Source: Bdellovibrio sp.
GTDB taxonomy: Bacteria; Bdellovibrionota; Bdellovibrionia; Bdellovibrionales; Bdellovibrionaceae
Assembly: GCA_036676395.1 (NCBI GenBank)
Contig: JAKFCY010000002.1
Location: forward strand, 544,001-608,000
DNA length: 64,000 nt
Reading direction: 5' to 3'
This document shows positions 30,353-40,724 of this stretch, one piece after another (positions within the stretch are counted from its first letter, which is position 1; each line of letters starts with the position of its first letter). The notes below the pieces were generated by a model. The model saw only the letters and a list, made by a program, of their open reading frames with translations. It did not search any database and was not told the origin of the DNA. The position numbers and the translations under genes were made by a program.

Positions 30353-32017
30353 ATGGGCTTTTTAGGTAAAAATAGCAGCCTTTTGCGTCCATTGTTGGCT
30401 AGTGTTTTGACAGTCCTTTTTTTGGGCTGTCAGCCTCCTAAAAAAGACGACAAACCAGCTCAAACCAGCCCTTTTAAAGGTGTCTCAAATCTTTCTGAAA
30501 AAGCCACCACATGCGAAAATAAAATTCGTGGTATGATGACCTCAAAAAGCATGAATTTCGAGAATGTCGAAGAGCTTTCGGCACAGGTCAGTTTTGCCAA
30601 TGCATCTTTGCAACACCAAGCTAAAGCTGAGTATTCACTAACGCAAACTAAAGAAAATACCAAATCAGTCGCGATAGAATATATTACGCAATCTCAAGAT
30701 CATAAGCAAAGTTTAGAATACGAGTTATCTTTGAACAGTAAAGATTCAAAAGACCCGATGAATGTAACTTTGAAGTACGCGTTAAACACCAGCAGGACGG
30801 CTTCAGAGTTAGAACAACGGTATTTAATTAATGAAAATTGCGAGCTTAGAAAATCGCAAACATCATTTCGCGCGATCAAAAAGAAAGATGAACTTAATTA
30901 CACTTATTCTAAAGCTAACTATTATGTCGGCGGCGAATCAGATAATAATTCAGAAAATTTCAGCATCCCCGAGGGCGCAAAGTTAGATTCATTCCTTGAA
31001 GATGATGAAAACGTAGCGACGCTAAATAACTCCTATTCTTATTCTGACGGTATAGGGTTAATGCAGGCTCGAATTATTGAAACATCTCAAGTTCAGAAGA
31101 AGAAATTTGGTTTAGATTTAAACTTTACCTTAACAAAAGCTTCTCTTGGGAGTGCTACTTTCAATTTAGATATTGAGATCGCTGTCGACGAAAAAGCCGG
31201 TGTGAAATATTCTTCAGCTGCTGGACAAGAAACTTGGACTGTTACGCAAGCTATTTGGCAACAACAAGCTTTAGGAAGCAGCAAAGAGATTACTCAAGTT
31301 GTTGCGGTTAAGTTGCCCGAAAAATATTTTAGTTTAAATAACACGATCGTATTATCAGGAAAAAAATTACCAGCCTACGACAACTTTGGGGCTTACTGGA
31401 CAAAATCAAATCAAACGACAACACCTGAGGGTATGAAATCAGTGACCTTAACTGAAAAAACAATTCCAACAATCAGCGGAACAAGTACAGCTGCAGATTT
31501 AGTTTCAAATTCGACGATTCAAACCGAGTTACCGGCGATTCAAAAAGTGGCGCAAGATATTTTAATCAAAGAGCCAACTAATCGTGAAGCTCAGGCGCAA
31601 TTGATTTTAAAGTATCTATCAGAAAACTATATTTATGACATGAGCATGGTTGAAAACAACGTGGTTCGCCCATTAACGACCGAAGAAGCTTTAACCCGTG
31701 GCAAAGGCGTTTGTCAGCACTATGCAGTGATTTTTACAGCAATCGCGCGCGCAATGAAAATACCAACTCGTATTGTTGTGGGCTTTCATTTATCTGAACA
31801 ATCTGCTGGCGGTCATGCCTGGAATGAATTCGAAATTCGCAAAGGGGTTTGGCAAGTTGTTGAACCACAGGGTAAAACTTTAGAAAGTACAAACACACGT
31901 TTTTATCTGCCATTAATACGCGGTGCTTTTTTAGAAGACAAAGATCTTAAACAAACTGACTGGATCATGGAATATCTTGGTGCTGATTACAGTATTACGA
32001 TGCCAACGATGCACTAA
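30353..32017 (+). CDS. Lipoprotein with C-terminal transglutaminase-like domain
   Basis: Lipobox FLGC; GVCQHYA, IPTRIVVG, HAWNE, EP motif. Confidence 0.85.
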   Translation: MGFLGKNSSLLRPLLASVLTVLFLGCQPPKKDDKPAQTSPFKGVSNLSEKATTCENKIRGMMTSKSMNFENVEELSAQVSFANASLQHQAKAEYSLTQTKENTKSVAIEYITQSQDHKQSLEYELSLNSKDSKDPMNVTLKYALNTSRTASELEQRYLINENCELRKSQTSFRAIKKKDELNYTYSKANYYVGGESDNNSENFSIPEGAKLDSFLEDDENVATLNNSYSYSDGIGLMQARIIETSQVQKKKFGLDLNFTLTKASLGSATFNLDIEIAVDEKAGVKYSSAAGQETWTVTQAIWQQQALGSSKEITQVVAVKLPEKYFSLNNTIVLSGKKLPAYDNFGAYWTKSNQTTTPEGMKSVTLTEKTIPTISGTSTAADLVSNSTIQTELPAIQKVAQDILIKEPTNREAQAQLILKYLSENYIYDMSMVENNVVRPLTTEEALTRGKGVCQHYAVIFTAIARAMKIPTRIVVGFHLSEQSAGGHAWNEFEIRKGVWQVVEPQGKTLESTNTRFYLPLIRGAFLEDKDLKQTDWIMEYLGADYSITMPTMH

Positions 32018-33129
32018 ACCTGCGGAAGTGGTTTAAACATCTCTTTAAGTTCGGGAATCTGCATCGGCACTTTTTCTAAAGCACTGATCCAGGTTTCTGG
32101 GGTTTCCATACAGAAAAATGCATTCCATTTTTCACTTTTAGATTTCAAACGTTTGAATACGAAAGATAACATTTCACCACGCAAAGTCGCATCATATCTT
32201 AACTTGTTTCCTTCAGACGGAAACATCTCTGCACCCACAACTAAAGACTGCACCCCAAAACGATCGCGCATCATATGGCGTTGTTCAGGCTGGTAGCGTA
32301 AAGTGCCAATTGAAATGATTTGCACTTCTTCAGGCGTAAATGTCGAAGTGATTTCATCAACCAGAAAACCGTAGTTTTCTTTCCATTTAGGGTGATAGAT
32401 CATCGGATCAATATGAAAAGCTAATTTGTAACCTTGATCACGGCATTTTTTTGCCGCTTCAATGCGTTCATGAAAACGGGCGGTGCCGTGCTCTTCGCGA
32501 TCAATAATGTATGGCGGATTAATCGACCAGCTTACGGTGATATTATTAGCACCAGGAATATCAATAAATTGATCTACTTTGTTTGATTTAGTTTTAAATT
32601 CTAAAACCCATTTCGGGTAAGGTTTAAAAAACTCAATCAGCTTACGCGAATACAAAGTAATTTCATCTAGACTTAATGAATCAATAATTTCGCCCGTGCC
32701 CACACGAAACGGGTGGTTTGGAAATTCATTAATCATCGCTTTTAATTCTTCTAACGCCTGATCAATATTAGTGTAGATTAAAGACATCTTGGTATTTAAA
32801 TAACTTTGTAAATAACAGTAGCTGCAATTCATATTGCACTGACTACCTAAATTTAAAACATGGTAATTACAGCAAGTTAAAGTTTTCTTCTGCGTAGCAC
32901 CCGGACAGCGTTTAAAAAACTGCCCCTTGAATTCAGTCAAAAGTAAGGTCTGCTTAGATAAGTTAAATTCTTCAGCCGTCATCGGGCCACGCTGAGCCGC
33001 TAAAAACCCTTCTTCGACCGTTTCGATGATTTCAGCAGGGTATAATGAACGCACACGTGCAGCGACTTCAGAATTTTCTGAACAACGATCGATGTAGATC
33101 TTTTTAAAAACAGGAAGCGAGCTATTCAC
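32014..33129 (-). CDS. Spore photoproduct lyase-like radical SAM protein
   Basis: CNMNCSYCYLQ, GTGEIIDSL, LEFKTKS, FFCME. Confidence 0.82.
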   Translation of the reverse strand: MNSSLPVFKKIYIDRCSENSEVAARVRSLYPAEIIETVEEGFLAAQRGPMTAEEFNLSKQTLLLTEFKGQFFKRCPGATQKKTLTCCNYHVLNLGSQCNMNCSYCYLQSYLNTKMSLIYTNIDQALEELKAMINEFPNHPFRVGTGEIIDSLSLDEITLYSRKLIEFFKPYPKWVLEFKTKSNKVDQFIDIPGANNITVSWSINPPYIIDREEHGTARFHERIEAAKKCRDQGYKLAFHIDPMIYHPKWKENYGFLVDEITSTFTPEEVQIISIGTLRYQPEQRHMMRDRFGVQSLVVGAEMFPSEGNKLRYDATLRGEMLSFVFKRLKSKSEKWNAFFCMETPETWISALEKVPMQIPELKEMFKPLPQV

Positions 33130-33625
33130 TGATTTGCTCCTTCACACGTTCTAAAGAAGAAATCGCTTTAATTAAATCAGCTTCTGAAGTGATAAACATT
33201 TTTAATTCGATACCAGCACGATCACCGCGACGTTCAAATTTAGTTTTTGAACCGTACGGCCACGGAAGTTTTTCTAATTTATCTTTTAACTGATCATCAC
33301 GCTGAGTAGTTGCTGGATATCTTAAAGCACGTAAGTGCGCAGACCATTTTGCAAAGTCATGTGATTGTTCAAATAATGTTTCTTGATGACCCATTAAAAT
33401 TAGATCGCTGATCAATTCTAAATTTTTTAAAGAATCTGTGTACGAGGTGCGTGCTTCGATTAATTGCAGCAAAGCTTTAAATAACAATTGCCATTGCAGA
33501 TCAGTTTTTAGGGGAGATAAAAACACTAGGTCTGCGCCTTTTACTTTTTTGGCTTCAATCCACGGTTCAACTGTGGCTGAAAACCCCAATTCTTTGGCTT
33601 TATGTAAAAATTGTTCTATACCCAT
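33122..33625 (-). CDS. Hypothetical protein coupled to the SPL-like gene
   Basis: 167-aa ORF overlapping the start of the radical SAM gene; LRYP motif. Confidence 0.7.
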   Translation of the reverse strand: MGIEQFLHKAKELGFSATVEPWIEAKKVKGADLVFLSPLKTDLQWQLLFKALLQLIEARTSYTDSLKNLELISDLILMGHQETLFEQSHDFAKWSAHLRALRYPATTQRDDQLKDKLEKLPWPYGSKTKFERRGDRAGIELKMFITSEADLIKAISSLERVKEQISE

Positions 33626-33715
33626 GGTCTAGGTGCTAAATCATTTTCGGATTTTTGGCAATAAAGCCTTAAATCTACCCGAAAGATATTTTATACTGTT
33701 CACGAGGTGTTTTGA

Positions 33716-34792
33716 GTGAAAACCTGGAAAAATACGGCAGAAATCAACTTAGATGTGGTTTATTTCAACTACAGGCAAGGCTATGATTTTTCTCAGCATC
33801 AAGAAATTTATGTATGGGATCTGGATAAGACCTACTTAGATACCTCAATTGACTCTTTAAAAGGCCTTTTTAGAACTATTTTCGAAAAGTCGATGACTAA
33901 AAAAAATGTTCCCGGCGCTTCTGAATTACTAAAAAGTATCGCCCGCACCCGCAAAAAGCATTTCACTGAATCAGATTTTCCACTGTTTTTCGTATCTGCT
34001 TCGCCACCGCAGATGGAATCTAAAATCGCCGAGAAGTTCGCGCTTGATGAGATCGCGCCATTGGGAATGTTTTATAAAGATAACTTACGTAATTTAGCGC
34101 CATCGCGCTTATTATTTTTAAAAAAACAAATCGGTTACAAGCTTCAGGCTTTAATGCAGCTTCGTTGTCATTTAAACAACGACGTGCGCATGATTTGTTT
34201 TGGTGATGACTCAGAATCAGATGCGATCATTTATAATTTATTTTCAGATGTTTGTGCCAGACGTTACACACCACTTCACTTAGAAGAACTATTGCAAGAT
34301 CTTGGAATCACGCGTGCGCAGATCGACGAGATTTTAAAATTACAGTCGCTAGTGCCGATTCAAGATCCCGTAGAAAAAATTTATATCAATTTAGCAACCG
34401 ATACTGATCCTGATTATTACAATAAATTCGGACGCAGAACGCTAGCGACTTACGACACTTTTCAAGTGGCATTAGATCTGGTGCAAGATCAGCGTTTGTC
34501 TTTAGAAGAACTAGGTACAGTGATGTACAACCTAGAGAGTAAATACAGTTACTCAAACACCCAGTTAGTAAAAGGTTTTGAAGATTTAATTCGCCGTCGG
34601 GTGATCGGTTTATCGTCGTTTGAAATGATCAAGAATTATCTCATCGAAAAAAAGAAAGTCTCTTTATCGTGGGCACCAAAGTTTGAACCACTTAAAGAAA
34701 AGATCGTGCAAAACGGTCACGTGTATCAGTTAGATGGTCTTTTTGAACCTTGGGTAAAAACCAACGTTAATTATCTTAACGATTTTTTTTAA
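33716..34792 (+). CDS. HAD-like phosphatase (App1/LNS2-like)
   Basis: WDLDKTY, FVSASP, GYKL, FGDDSESD. Confidence 0.7.
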   Translation: MKTWKNTAEINLDVVYFNYRQGYDFSQHQEIYVWDLDKTYLDTSIDSLKGLFRTIFEKSMTKKNVPGASELLKSIARTRKKHFTESDFPLFFVSASPPQMESKIAEKFALDEIAPLGMFYKDNLRNLAPSRLLFLKKQIGYKLQALMQLRCHLNNDVRMICFGDDSESDAIIYNLFSDVCARRYTPLHLEELLQDLGITRAQIDEILKLQSLVPIQDPVEKIYINLATDTDPDYYNKFGRRTLATYDTFQVALDLVQDQRLSLEELGTVMYNLESKYSYSNTQLVKGFEDLIRRRVIGLSSFEMIKNYLIEKKKVSLSWAPKFEPLKEKIVQNGHVYQLDGLFEPWVKTNVNYLNDFF

Positions 34793-34813
34793 GTGCGAAG
34801 CACTTACAATTAA

Positions 34814-35602
34814 TCAGTCAAATTTAAGAGGAAAAACCGTCGTAATCGACGCTCCAGAAAATTTCGGAAACACCGTGCGCGCTACAACTTCAGATAAACA
34901 GGCTTTAAAAGATTTATCCTGAATATCCGAGCGGTTGATATCAACTTTCGTCACTTTGCCAATCGGTGAAATTTCAAATGAAATTAAAACTTGCCCGTGC
35001 GCTTGTTCTGTTTTTTGAATCAGCTGGCCATAACATCTGAAAAAATCTGATTTTTTTGAAGCTAAAATTTCTTCAATTTTAGATTGCGGTAAAACATCTT
35101 CGGGTTGAGCTGTTTTCATACCTTTTTGGCGCAACGATTCGGCATTTTTTTCATTTGATAAGGCGTAATCCATCGCGGTCAGTTGCCGACCTTCTTTACG
35201 TACCCAGAATGAAGGCTCTTTACCAAAGCGCTCGATAAACACATCACCTGAACGAACTGTGACAAGAGTTGTTTTATCATCGGTTTGTTCAACTAAGATT
35301 TCTGAATTTTCTAAAACGCGAACTTCGCCGCCAGTGATGGTAAAAGTGATGAGCACATCTGAAAGTGGAGCGGTCTTAATTAAATCAAGGTGACGAATTT
35401 TTAAACCCTTTTTTGCCGGGATGTCGTCGTACTGATCTAATCCGCGGGTGATGACACCCGTTGGATTATCAGAATTAATTTCTGTGATTTTGGCTAATTC
35501 TTTAGAGGCTAATAGATCAAGGCTTCGAGTCGGAATAATAACCGAAACCAAAATTAAAATTACTCCAATAATGATGAGACCGATGACAACTCGGTTTTTC
35601 AT
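34814..35602 (-). CDS. Membrane protein with FecR-like region and AgmX/PglI (TonB-C-like) C-terminus
   Basis: N-terminal TM; FFRCY...G.V.ISFEI...C......FP....FP.KF. Confidence 0.65.
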   Translation of the reverse strand: MKNRVVIGLIIIGVILILVSVIIPTRSLDLLASKELAKITEINSDNPTGVITRGLDQYDDIPAKKGLKIRHLDLIKTAPLSDVLITFTITGGEVRVLENSEILVEQTDDKTTLVTVRSGDVFIERFGKEPSFWVRKEGRQLTAMDYALSNEKNAESLRQKGMKTAQPEDVLPQSKIEEILASKKSDFFRCYGQLIQKTEQAHGQVLISFEISPIGKVTKVDINRSDIQDKSFKACLSEVVARTVFPKFSGASITTVFPLKFD

Positions 35603-35616
35603 GAGTCTAAATGCAA

Positions 35617-35961
35617 CTATTTAGTAGGTGCAGAAACTGCTGCAGCTGGAACTTCAGTTGTCGCAGAGGCTGGTAAAGCAGCTGCTGCGTTGGCTTCAGG
35701 CATTGAAGGAACTACTGAATCAACGACCGAACTTTGAGTGCGTGAAGATAACATCGCAAGACTGATACAAGTCACAACTAAGATACCAGAAACGATTTTA
35801 GTCATTGTAGAAGCCAATGTTGTAGCTCCGGTTGCGCCTAATACTGAAGTTGAAGAGCTAGATGCTGTAAATACGCCGCCACCTTTAGAATCTTGCACTA
35901 AAACTAAACCGATTAGGGCTAAACAAGATAGAATGTGAACTGTAGCTAAAAATGTGATCAT
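35617..35961 (-). CDS. secG: Preprotein translocase subunit SecG
   Basis: LIGLVLVQDSKGGG, two TMs, TKI motif. Confidence 0.85.
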   Translation of the reverse strand: MITFLATVHILSCLALIGLVLVQDSKGGGVFTASSSSTSVLGATGATTLASTMTKIVSGILVVTCISLAMLSSRTQSSVVDSVVPSMPEANAAAALPASATTEVPAAAVSAPTK

Positions 35962-36095
35962 GGCAGGGCTCCTTCAAAATTATCAGTCGAACAAACCGAT
36001 AACTTATCTAATCCCCATAATTCAGTCCAGCAAGGGTTCATTTTACGCGGCGTTTAAAGGTGACAAAACCCCGTGTTTGGAGCATATCTAAGTGG

Positions 36096-36731
36096 ATGTT
36101 TTTTGTGGTCTTTGAAGGTTTAGATGGTTCGGGTAAATCCTCTTTAATGAAGAGGCTTGAAAACCATTTAAAAAACCTGGGCAAAGATCTGATCATGACC
36201 CGCGAACCTGGCGGCACCACAGTTGGTGATGAAATCCGTGAAATCATTTTAAAAAAACAAGCAGAGCCTCCTTCTGCACGCACAGAATTACTTTTATACC
36301 AAGCCAGCCGCGCTCAACATGTTGATTTAGTGATTCGTCCGGCGTTAGCGCAAAACAAATGGGTGTTGTGTGATCGTTTCTCTGCAAGCTCGATTGCTTT
36401 TCAAGGCGGTGGTCGTGGAATCTCTTTAGACCAAGTTGAATGGCTAAATAATTTTGCCACAAATTTACTAAAACCGCATTTAACGGTATTATTAGATTTA
36501 TCCGTGGATGAATCTAAAAAACGCAGATCAAATCGTGAAAGCTTAACGGCCGTTGCAGAAGACCGCATCGAAGCTGAAGCTGATTCTTTTCATGAAAAAG
36601 TTCGCAAAGGATTTTTAGATCAAGCCAAAGCTGACCCCAAAAATTGGTTAGTGTTAAATGCCGCCCACACGCCTGAAGAATTATATCAACAATTAGTTAA
36701 AGATTTAACGGAGCGCCAATGGCTTCGTTAA
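36096..36731 (+). CDS. tmk: Thymidylate kinase
   Basis: FEGLDGSGKS, TREPGG, CDRF. Confidence 0.94.
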   Translation: MFFVVFEGLDGSGKSSLMKRLENHLKNLGKDLIMTREPGGTTVGDEIREIILKKQAEPPSARTELLLYQASRAQHVDLVIRPALAQNKWVLCDRFSASSIAFQGGGRGISLDQVEWLNNFATNLLKPHLTVLLDLSVDESKKRRSNRESLTAVAEDRIEAEADSFHEKVRKGFLDQAKADPKNWLVLNAAHTPEELYQQLVKDLTERQWLR

Positions 36732-37672
36732 TTTCTCAGGTTGTAGGCCATGAAGAACAAAAATACATGTTACAGGCAGCGATTGAAAATCAATCTTTGC
36801 CCCATGCGATGGTTTTCTCTGGGCCTTCGGGAATTGGCAAAACCAAATTAGCTATGGCGATCGCACAAAACTTAGTGTGCGAAGAGCCAGTGCAAAAAAA
36901 AGCCTGCGGTCATTGCGGTGCCTGTGTTCGTGTTGAAAAAAACCAATCTGAAAGTTTACGCCTGGTAGCCCCGCAAGGTTTGCACATTAAGATCGATCAG
37001 ATTCGTGATATTTTATCTTATTTATCATTAGCCAGTGACGGACAAAAACGTGTGGTGATTATCGATCAGGCGAACACCATGAACGCGCAAGCTTCTAATT
37101 CATTATTAAAAACTTTAGAAGAACCACCACCAGATGTTTATTTTATTTTAGCGACAACAGATGTGCGTTTGTTAATGCCAACGATTCGTTCGCGTTCGCA
37201 AATTATTGCCTTTAAAGCGTTAAGCTTAGATAACTTACACCAAATTAATCCAGGCCTTTCTTCATGGATGTATAAATCAGCACGTGGGCAGGCAGGAAAG
37301 CTTGCCGATTTTTCTGCCGGTGAATCACTCGAGCGCAGAAATTCTGATTTAGGATTTTATGAACATTTTTGGTCTAACAAAAATTTTATTTTAGAAACCC
37401 AGATTAAAGAGTATGCCAAAGACCGCGCCGCTGCTTCTGCAGTGTTAAAAAACTGGTTTATCTTTACCCGCGATATGATCGTGTTGGCGCAAGGTGCGCG
37501 TGATCAGGTGTTGAACTCAGATCAAATCACGACTCTAATTAAATTAGATTTTATTCCAACACAAAAACTTTACGATTTTTCATCGGCGTTAATACAAGCT
37601 ATTCAAGATATCGATAAATTAGATATGACTTTGTTATTCGAATCACTGTGGGTGAAACATGCAAGAGACTAA
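36719..37672 (+). CDS. holB: DNA polymerase III delta-prime subunit
   Basis: GPSGIGKT, C..ACGHCGAC, NSLLKTLEEPP, TIRSR; after tmk. Confidence 0.9.
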   Translation: MASLISQVVGHEEQKYMLQAAIENQSLPHAMVFSGPSGIGKTKLAMAIAQNLVCEEPVQKKACGHCGACVRVEKNQSESLRLVAPQGLHIKIDQIRDILSYLSLASDGQKRVVIIDQANTMNAQASNSLLKTLEEPPPDVYFILATTDVRLLMPTIRSRSQIIAFKALSLDNLHQINPGLSSWMYKSARGQAGKLADFSAGESLERRNSDLGFYEHFWSNKNFILETQIKEYAKDRAAASAVLKNWFIFTRDMIVLAQGARDQVLNSDQITTLIKLDFIPTQKLYDFSSALIQAIQDIDKLDMTLLFESLWVKHARD

Positions 37673-38453
37673 TACAACTCCTGTTGAATGGATTGATATT
37701 CATACTCACTTAGATCGCTTAGAAGGCGGCGCTGAGTTCGCATTAAAACTAGCGAAAGAAAATGGCGTAACAAAATTAATTACGATTGGCACCGAGCCTG
37801 AAGATCTGCCGATTGTTTTAGAATTAGCGCAAAAGTATTATCCGGCTGTGTATTGCACCATCGGCGTTCATCCGCACGAAGGCACTAAATACACTGCAGA
37901 AGTGGGTAAATATTTACGCGACAATGCCCACAGACCTGAAGTCGTCGCGATTGGTGAGATTGGTTTAGATTATTACTACAACCAATCTCCTAAAGAAGAA
38001 CAAATTTATGCCTTTCGTGAGCAATTAAAAATCGCGCAAGATATGGGATTACCTGTTGAAATCCATACTCGCGATGCCGAAGCAGACACTATCGAAATTC
38101 TTAAAGAATTTTACGGCAAAGTAAATGGTGTGATTCATTGTTTTACCGGAACTGAGTGGTTAGCACGCGAAGCTCTGGCTTTGGGATTTAATATTTCAAT
38201 CTCAGGTGTTGTTACTTTTAAAAATGCGGATTCATTACGTGCCATTGTACGCGATGTGGTTCCGTTAGATCGTCTGCATGTTGAAACAGATGCGCCGTTT
38301 TTAGCGCCTGTACCAATGCGTGGCAGACCAAATACCTCGGCTTATGTTGTTCACACGGCAAAGCTTGTGGCTGAATTAAAAAATATTTCTGTGGAAGAGC
38401 TAGCAAAAATCACCACAGAAAATGCTAAAAAATTATTTAAAAAATTAAAATAG
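37659..38453 (+). CDS. TatD-family DNase
   Basis: DIHTHL, GVHPH, GEIGLDY, HTRDA, HCFTG, ETDAPF. Confidence 0.92.
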   Translation: MQETNTTPVEWIDIHTHLDRLEGGAEFALKLAKENGVTKLITIGTEPEDLPIVLELAQKYYPAVYCTIGVHPHEGTKYTAEVGKYLRDNAHRPEVVAIGEIGLDYYYNQSPKEEQIYAFREQLKIAQDMGLPVEIHTRDAEADTIEILKEFYGKVNGVIHCFTGTEWLAREALALGFNISISGVVTFKNADSLRAIVRDVVPLDRLHVETDAPFLAPVPMRGRPNTSAYVVHTAKLVAELKNISVEELAKITTENAKKLFKKLK

Positions 38454-38462
38454 GAGAGACAA

Positions 38463-39470
38463 ATGTCTAAAGTAAAAGTTGGAATTAATGGTTTTGGTCG
38501 TATCGGTCGCGTATTTTTCAGAGCGGCTTTTGATAAAGTGGATATCGCAGGTATTAATTCATTAGATGATTTAGAAGGAATTGTTCACTTATTAAAATAT
38601 GATTCATCTCACGGTATTTTTGATGCTGAAGTGTCTCATGATAATGAGTGTTTAATCGTCAACGGTAAAAAAATTCCGGTTTCTAAAACTAAAGACCCAG
38701 CACAAATTCCTTGGAAAGCTTGGGGCGTAGATTTAGTTATGGAATGTACTGGTGCTCTTAAAGGTAAAGAAGATTACCAAAAGCACATCACAGCCGGAGC
38801 TAAAAAAGTAATGATCTCTGCTCCTGCAGATGGCGTAGATATGACGGTAGTTTACGGTATCAATCATAAAGATTACGATGCTTCTAAACACACATTCATT
38901 TCAAATGCATCTTGCACGACAAACTGCTTAGCGCCGTTAGCAAAAGTTTTAGATGAAGCTTTTGGTATCGAATCAGGCACGATGATGACAATCCACTCGT
39001 ATACAAACGATCAACGCATTTTAGATTCATCGCACAGTGATTTACGCCGTGCTCGTTCAGCAGCGGTATCAATGATTCCTACAACTACAGGCGCAGCCAA
39101 AGCTGTAGGTTTAGTTTTACCAAACTTAAAAGGTAAAATCGATGGTATGTCTATGCGTGTACCAACTCCGAATGTTTCGGTTGTTGATTTCACTTTCAAC
39201 GCAAAAACTGCAATGTCAGTTGATGCCATCAACAACGCTCTTAGAAAAGCCGCAGCTGGTGATATGAAAGGTGTTTTAGCAGTTGAAGAAAAACCTTTAG
39301 TTAGCATTGATTTCAATGGCAACACTCACTCTTCAATCGTAGATGCTAAAACAACTATGGTTATCGCAGGCAGTGGCAACAAATTAGCTAAAGTTCTTTC
39401 TTGGTACGATAACGAAGTAGGCTTTTCAAACCGCATGGTTGATATGGCTATTTACATGATGTCGAAATAA
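38463..39470 (+). CDS. gap: Glyceraldehyde-3-phosphate dehydrogenase
   Basis: GINGFGRIGR, SNASCTTNCLAP, WYDNE. Confidence 0.97.
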   Translation: MSKVKVGINGFGRIGRVFFRAAFDKVDIAGINSLDDLEGIVHLLKYDSSHGIFDAEVSHDNECLIVNGKKIPVSKTKDPAQIPWKAWGVDLVMECTGALKGKEDYQKHITAGAKKVMISAPADGVDMTVVYGINHKDYDASKHTFISNASCTTNCLAPLAKVLDEAFGIESGTMMTIHSYTNDQRILDSSHSDLRRARSAAVSMIPTTTGAAKAVGLVLPNLKGKIDGMSMRVPTPNVSVVDFTFNAKTAMSVDAINNALRKAAAGDMKGVLAVEEKPLVSIDFNGNTHSSIVDAKTTMVIAGSGNKLAKVLSWYDNEVGFSNRMVDMAIYMMSK

Positions 39471-39496
39471 TCGCTTAAGAAAAAGGAATGTGATAG

Positions 39497-40720
39497 ATGG
39501 CTTCTCAAGGTTTAAAAGGGATTAAAACAATCCGTGATTTCGAATTAGCAGGTCAGACGGTATTTTTGCGTCTGGATCTTAATGTACCGATGGATAAAGC
39601 AGGTAAAATCACAGACGAAAATCGTCTTCGAGCTGCACTTCCTACAATTAATTATGCTTTAGAAAAAGGCGCTAAGTTAGTTATCGCTTCTCACTTAGGT
39701 CGTCCAAAATCAAAAGACGACAGACAGTATTCAATGGAGCCTGTGGCTAAACGCTTAGGCGAACTATTGGATGTCGAAGTAGTTTTAATGGACGAGCCAG
39801 ATTCAGAAGGCGTAAAGCATTTTTTATCTGCGCCGATGAAAAAACAAATCATCTGTTTAGAAAATTTACGTTTTGACGAGCGTGAGACAGAAAATAAAAA
39901 TGAACTTGCTGTTCAATGGGCGTCATACACTGACATCTATATTAATGATGCCTTCGGGGCTTCACACCGTGCGCACGCAAGTATTCATGCTTTTCCTGAA
40001 ATCATGCAGAAAAAAGGCATTGGTCTTTTAATCGAAAAAGAAATCAAAATGTTAGACGGTTTATTTGAAAATCCCAAAAAACCTTACATCGCTGTTCTTG
40101 GTGGTGCAAAAGTGTCTGATAAAATTCCGGTGATCGAAAAATTAATGAATATCGTTGATGGTTTTGTGATCGGTGGAGCTATGGCTTACACGTTCTTAAA
40201 AGCCCAAGGCATTCCAGTCGGTAAATCACTAGTTGAAGCCGATAAAGTCAAATACGCTAAAGAGATGATCCAGCGTATGGAAGCTCGTGGTAAAACTATG
40301 TTATTACCCGTAGATCACGTAACGACGACAAGTTTCGGCGATACCAATAATATTAAAGTGACGACAACAGCTGAAATTGATGAAGACCGCATGGCTTTAG
40401 ATATCGGGCCACAAACTATCAGAAATTACCGTGCTTGTTTAGAAAAAGCTCAAACCGTTTTCTGGAATGGTCCGATGGGCGTTTTTGAAACTCCGGCTTT
40501 TGCTAAAGGCAGTTTTGCTGTAGCTGAAGTATTAGCAGCTAACCCAGGCCTAATTATTGTAGGCGGCGGGGATTCAGCAGCGGCAGCAGAAGCTTCGGGT
40601 TTTGCTGACAAAATGAGTCACATCTCTACAGGTGGCGGGGCAAGTTTGGAATACCTTCAAGGCGAAAGACTTCCTGGTTTAGAAGTGTTGCGTCCGCGCA
40701 AACAATCTGAGGTAATGTAG
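39497..40720 (+). CDS. pgk: Phosphoglycerate kinase
   Basis: DLNVP, SHLGRP, DAFGASHRAH, GGAKVSDKI, STGGGASLE. Confidence 0.97.
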   Translation: MASQGLKGIKTIRDFELAGQTVFLRLDLNVPMDKAGKITDENRLRAALPTINYALEKGAKLVIASHLGRPKSKDDRQYSMEPVAKRLGELLDVEVVLMDEPDSEGVKHFLSAPMKKQIICLENLRFDERETENKNELAVQWASYTDIYINDAFGASHRAHASIHAFPEIMQKKGIGLLIEKEIKMLDGLFENPKKPYIAVLGGAKVSDKIPVIEKLMNIVDGFVIGGAMAYTFLKAQGIPVGKSLVEADKVKYAKEMIQRMEARGKTMLLPVDHVTTTSFGDTNNIKVTTTAEIDEDRMALDIGPQTIRNYRACLEKAQTVFWNGPMGVFETPAFAKGSFAVAEVLAANPGLIIVGGGDSAAAAEASGFADKMSHISTGGGASLEYLQGERLPGLEVLRPRKQSEVM

Positions 40721-40724
40721 TTAT

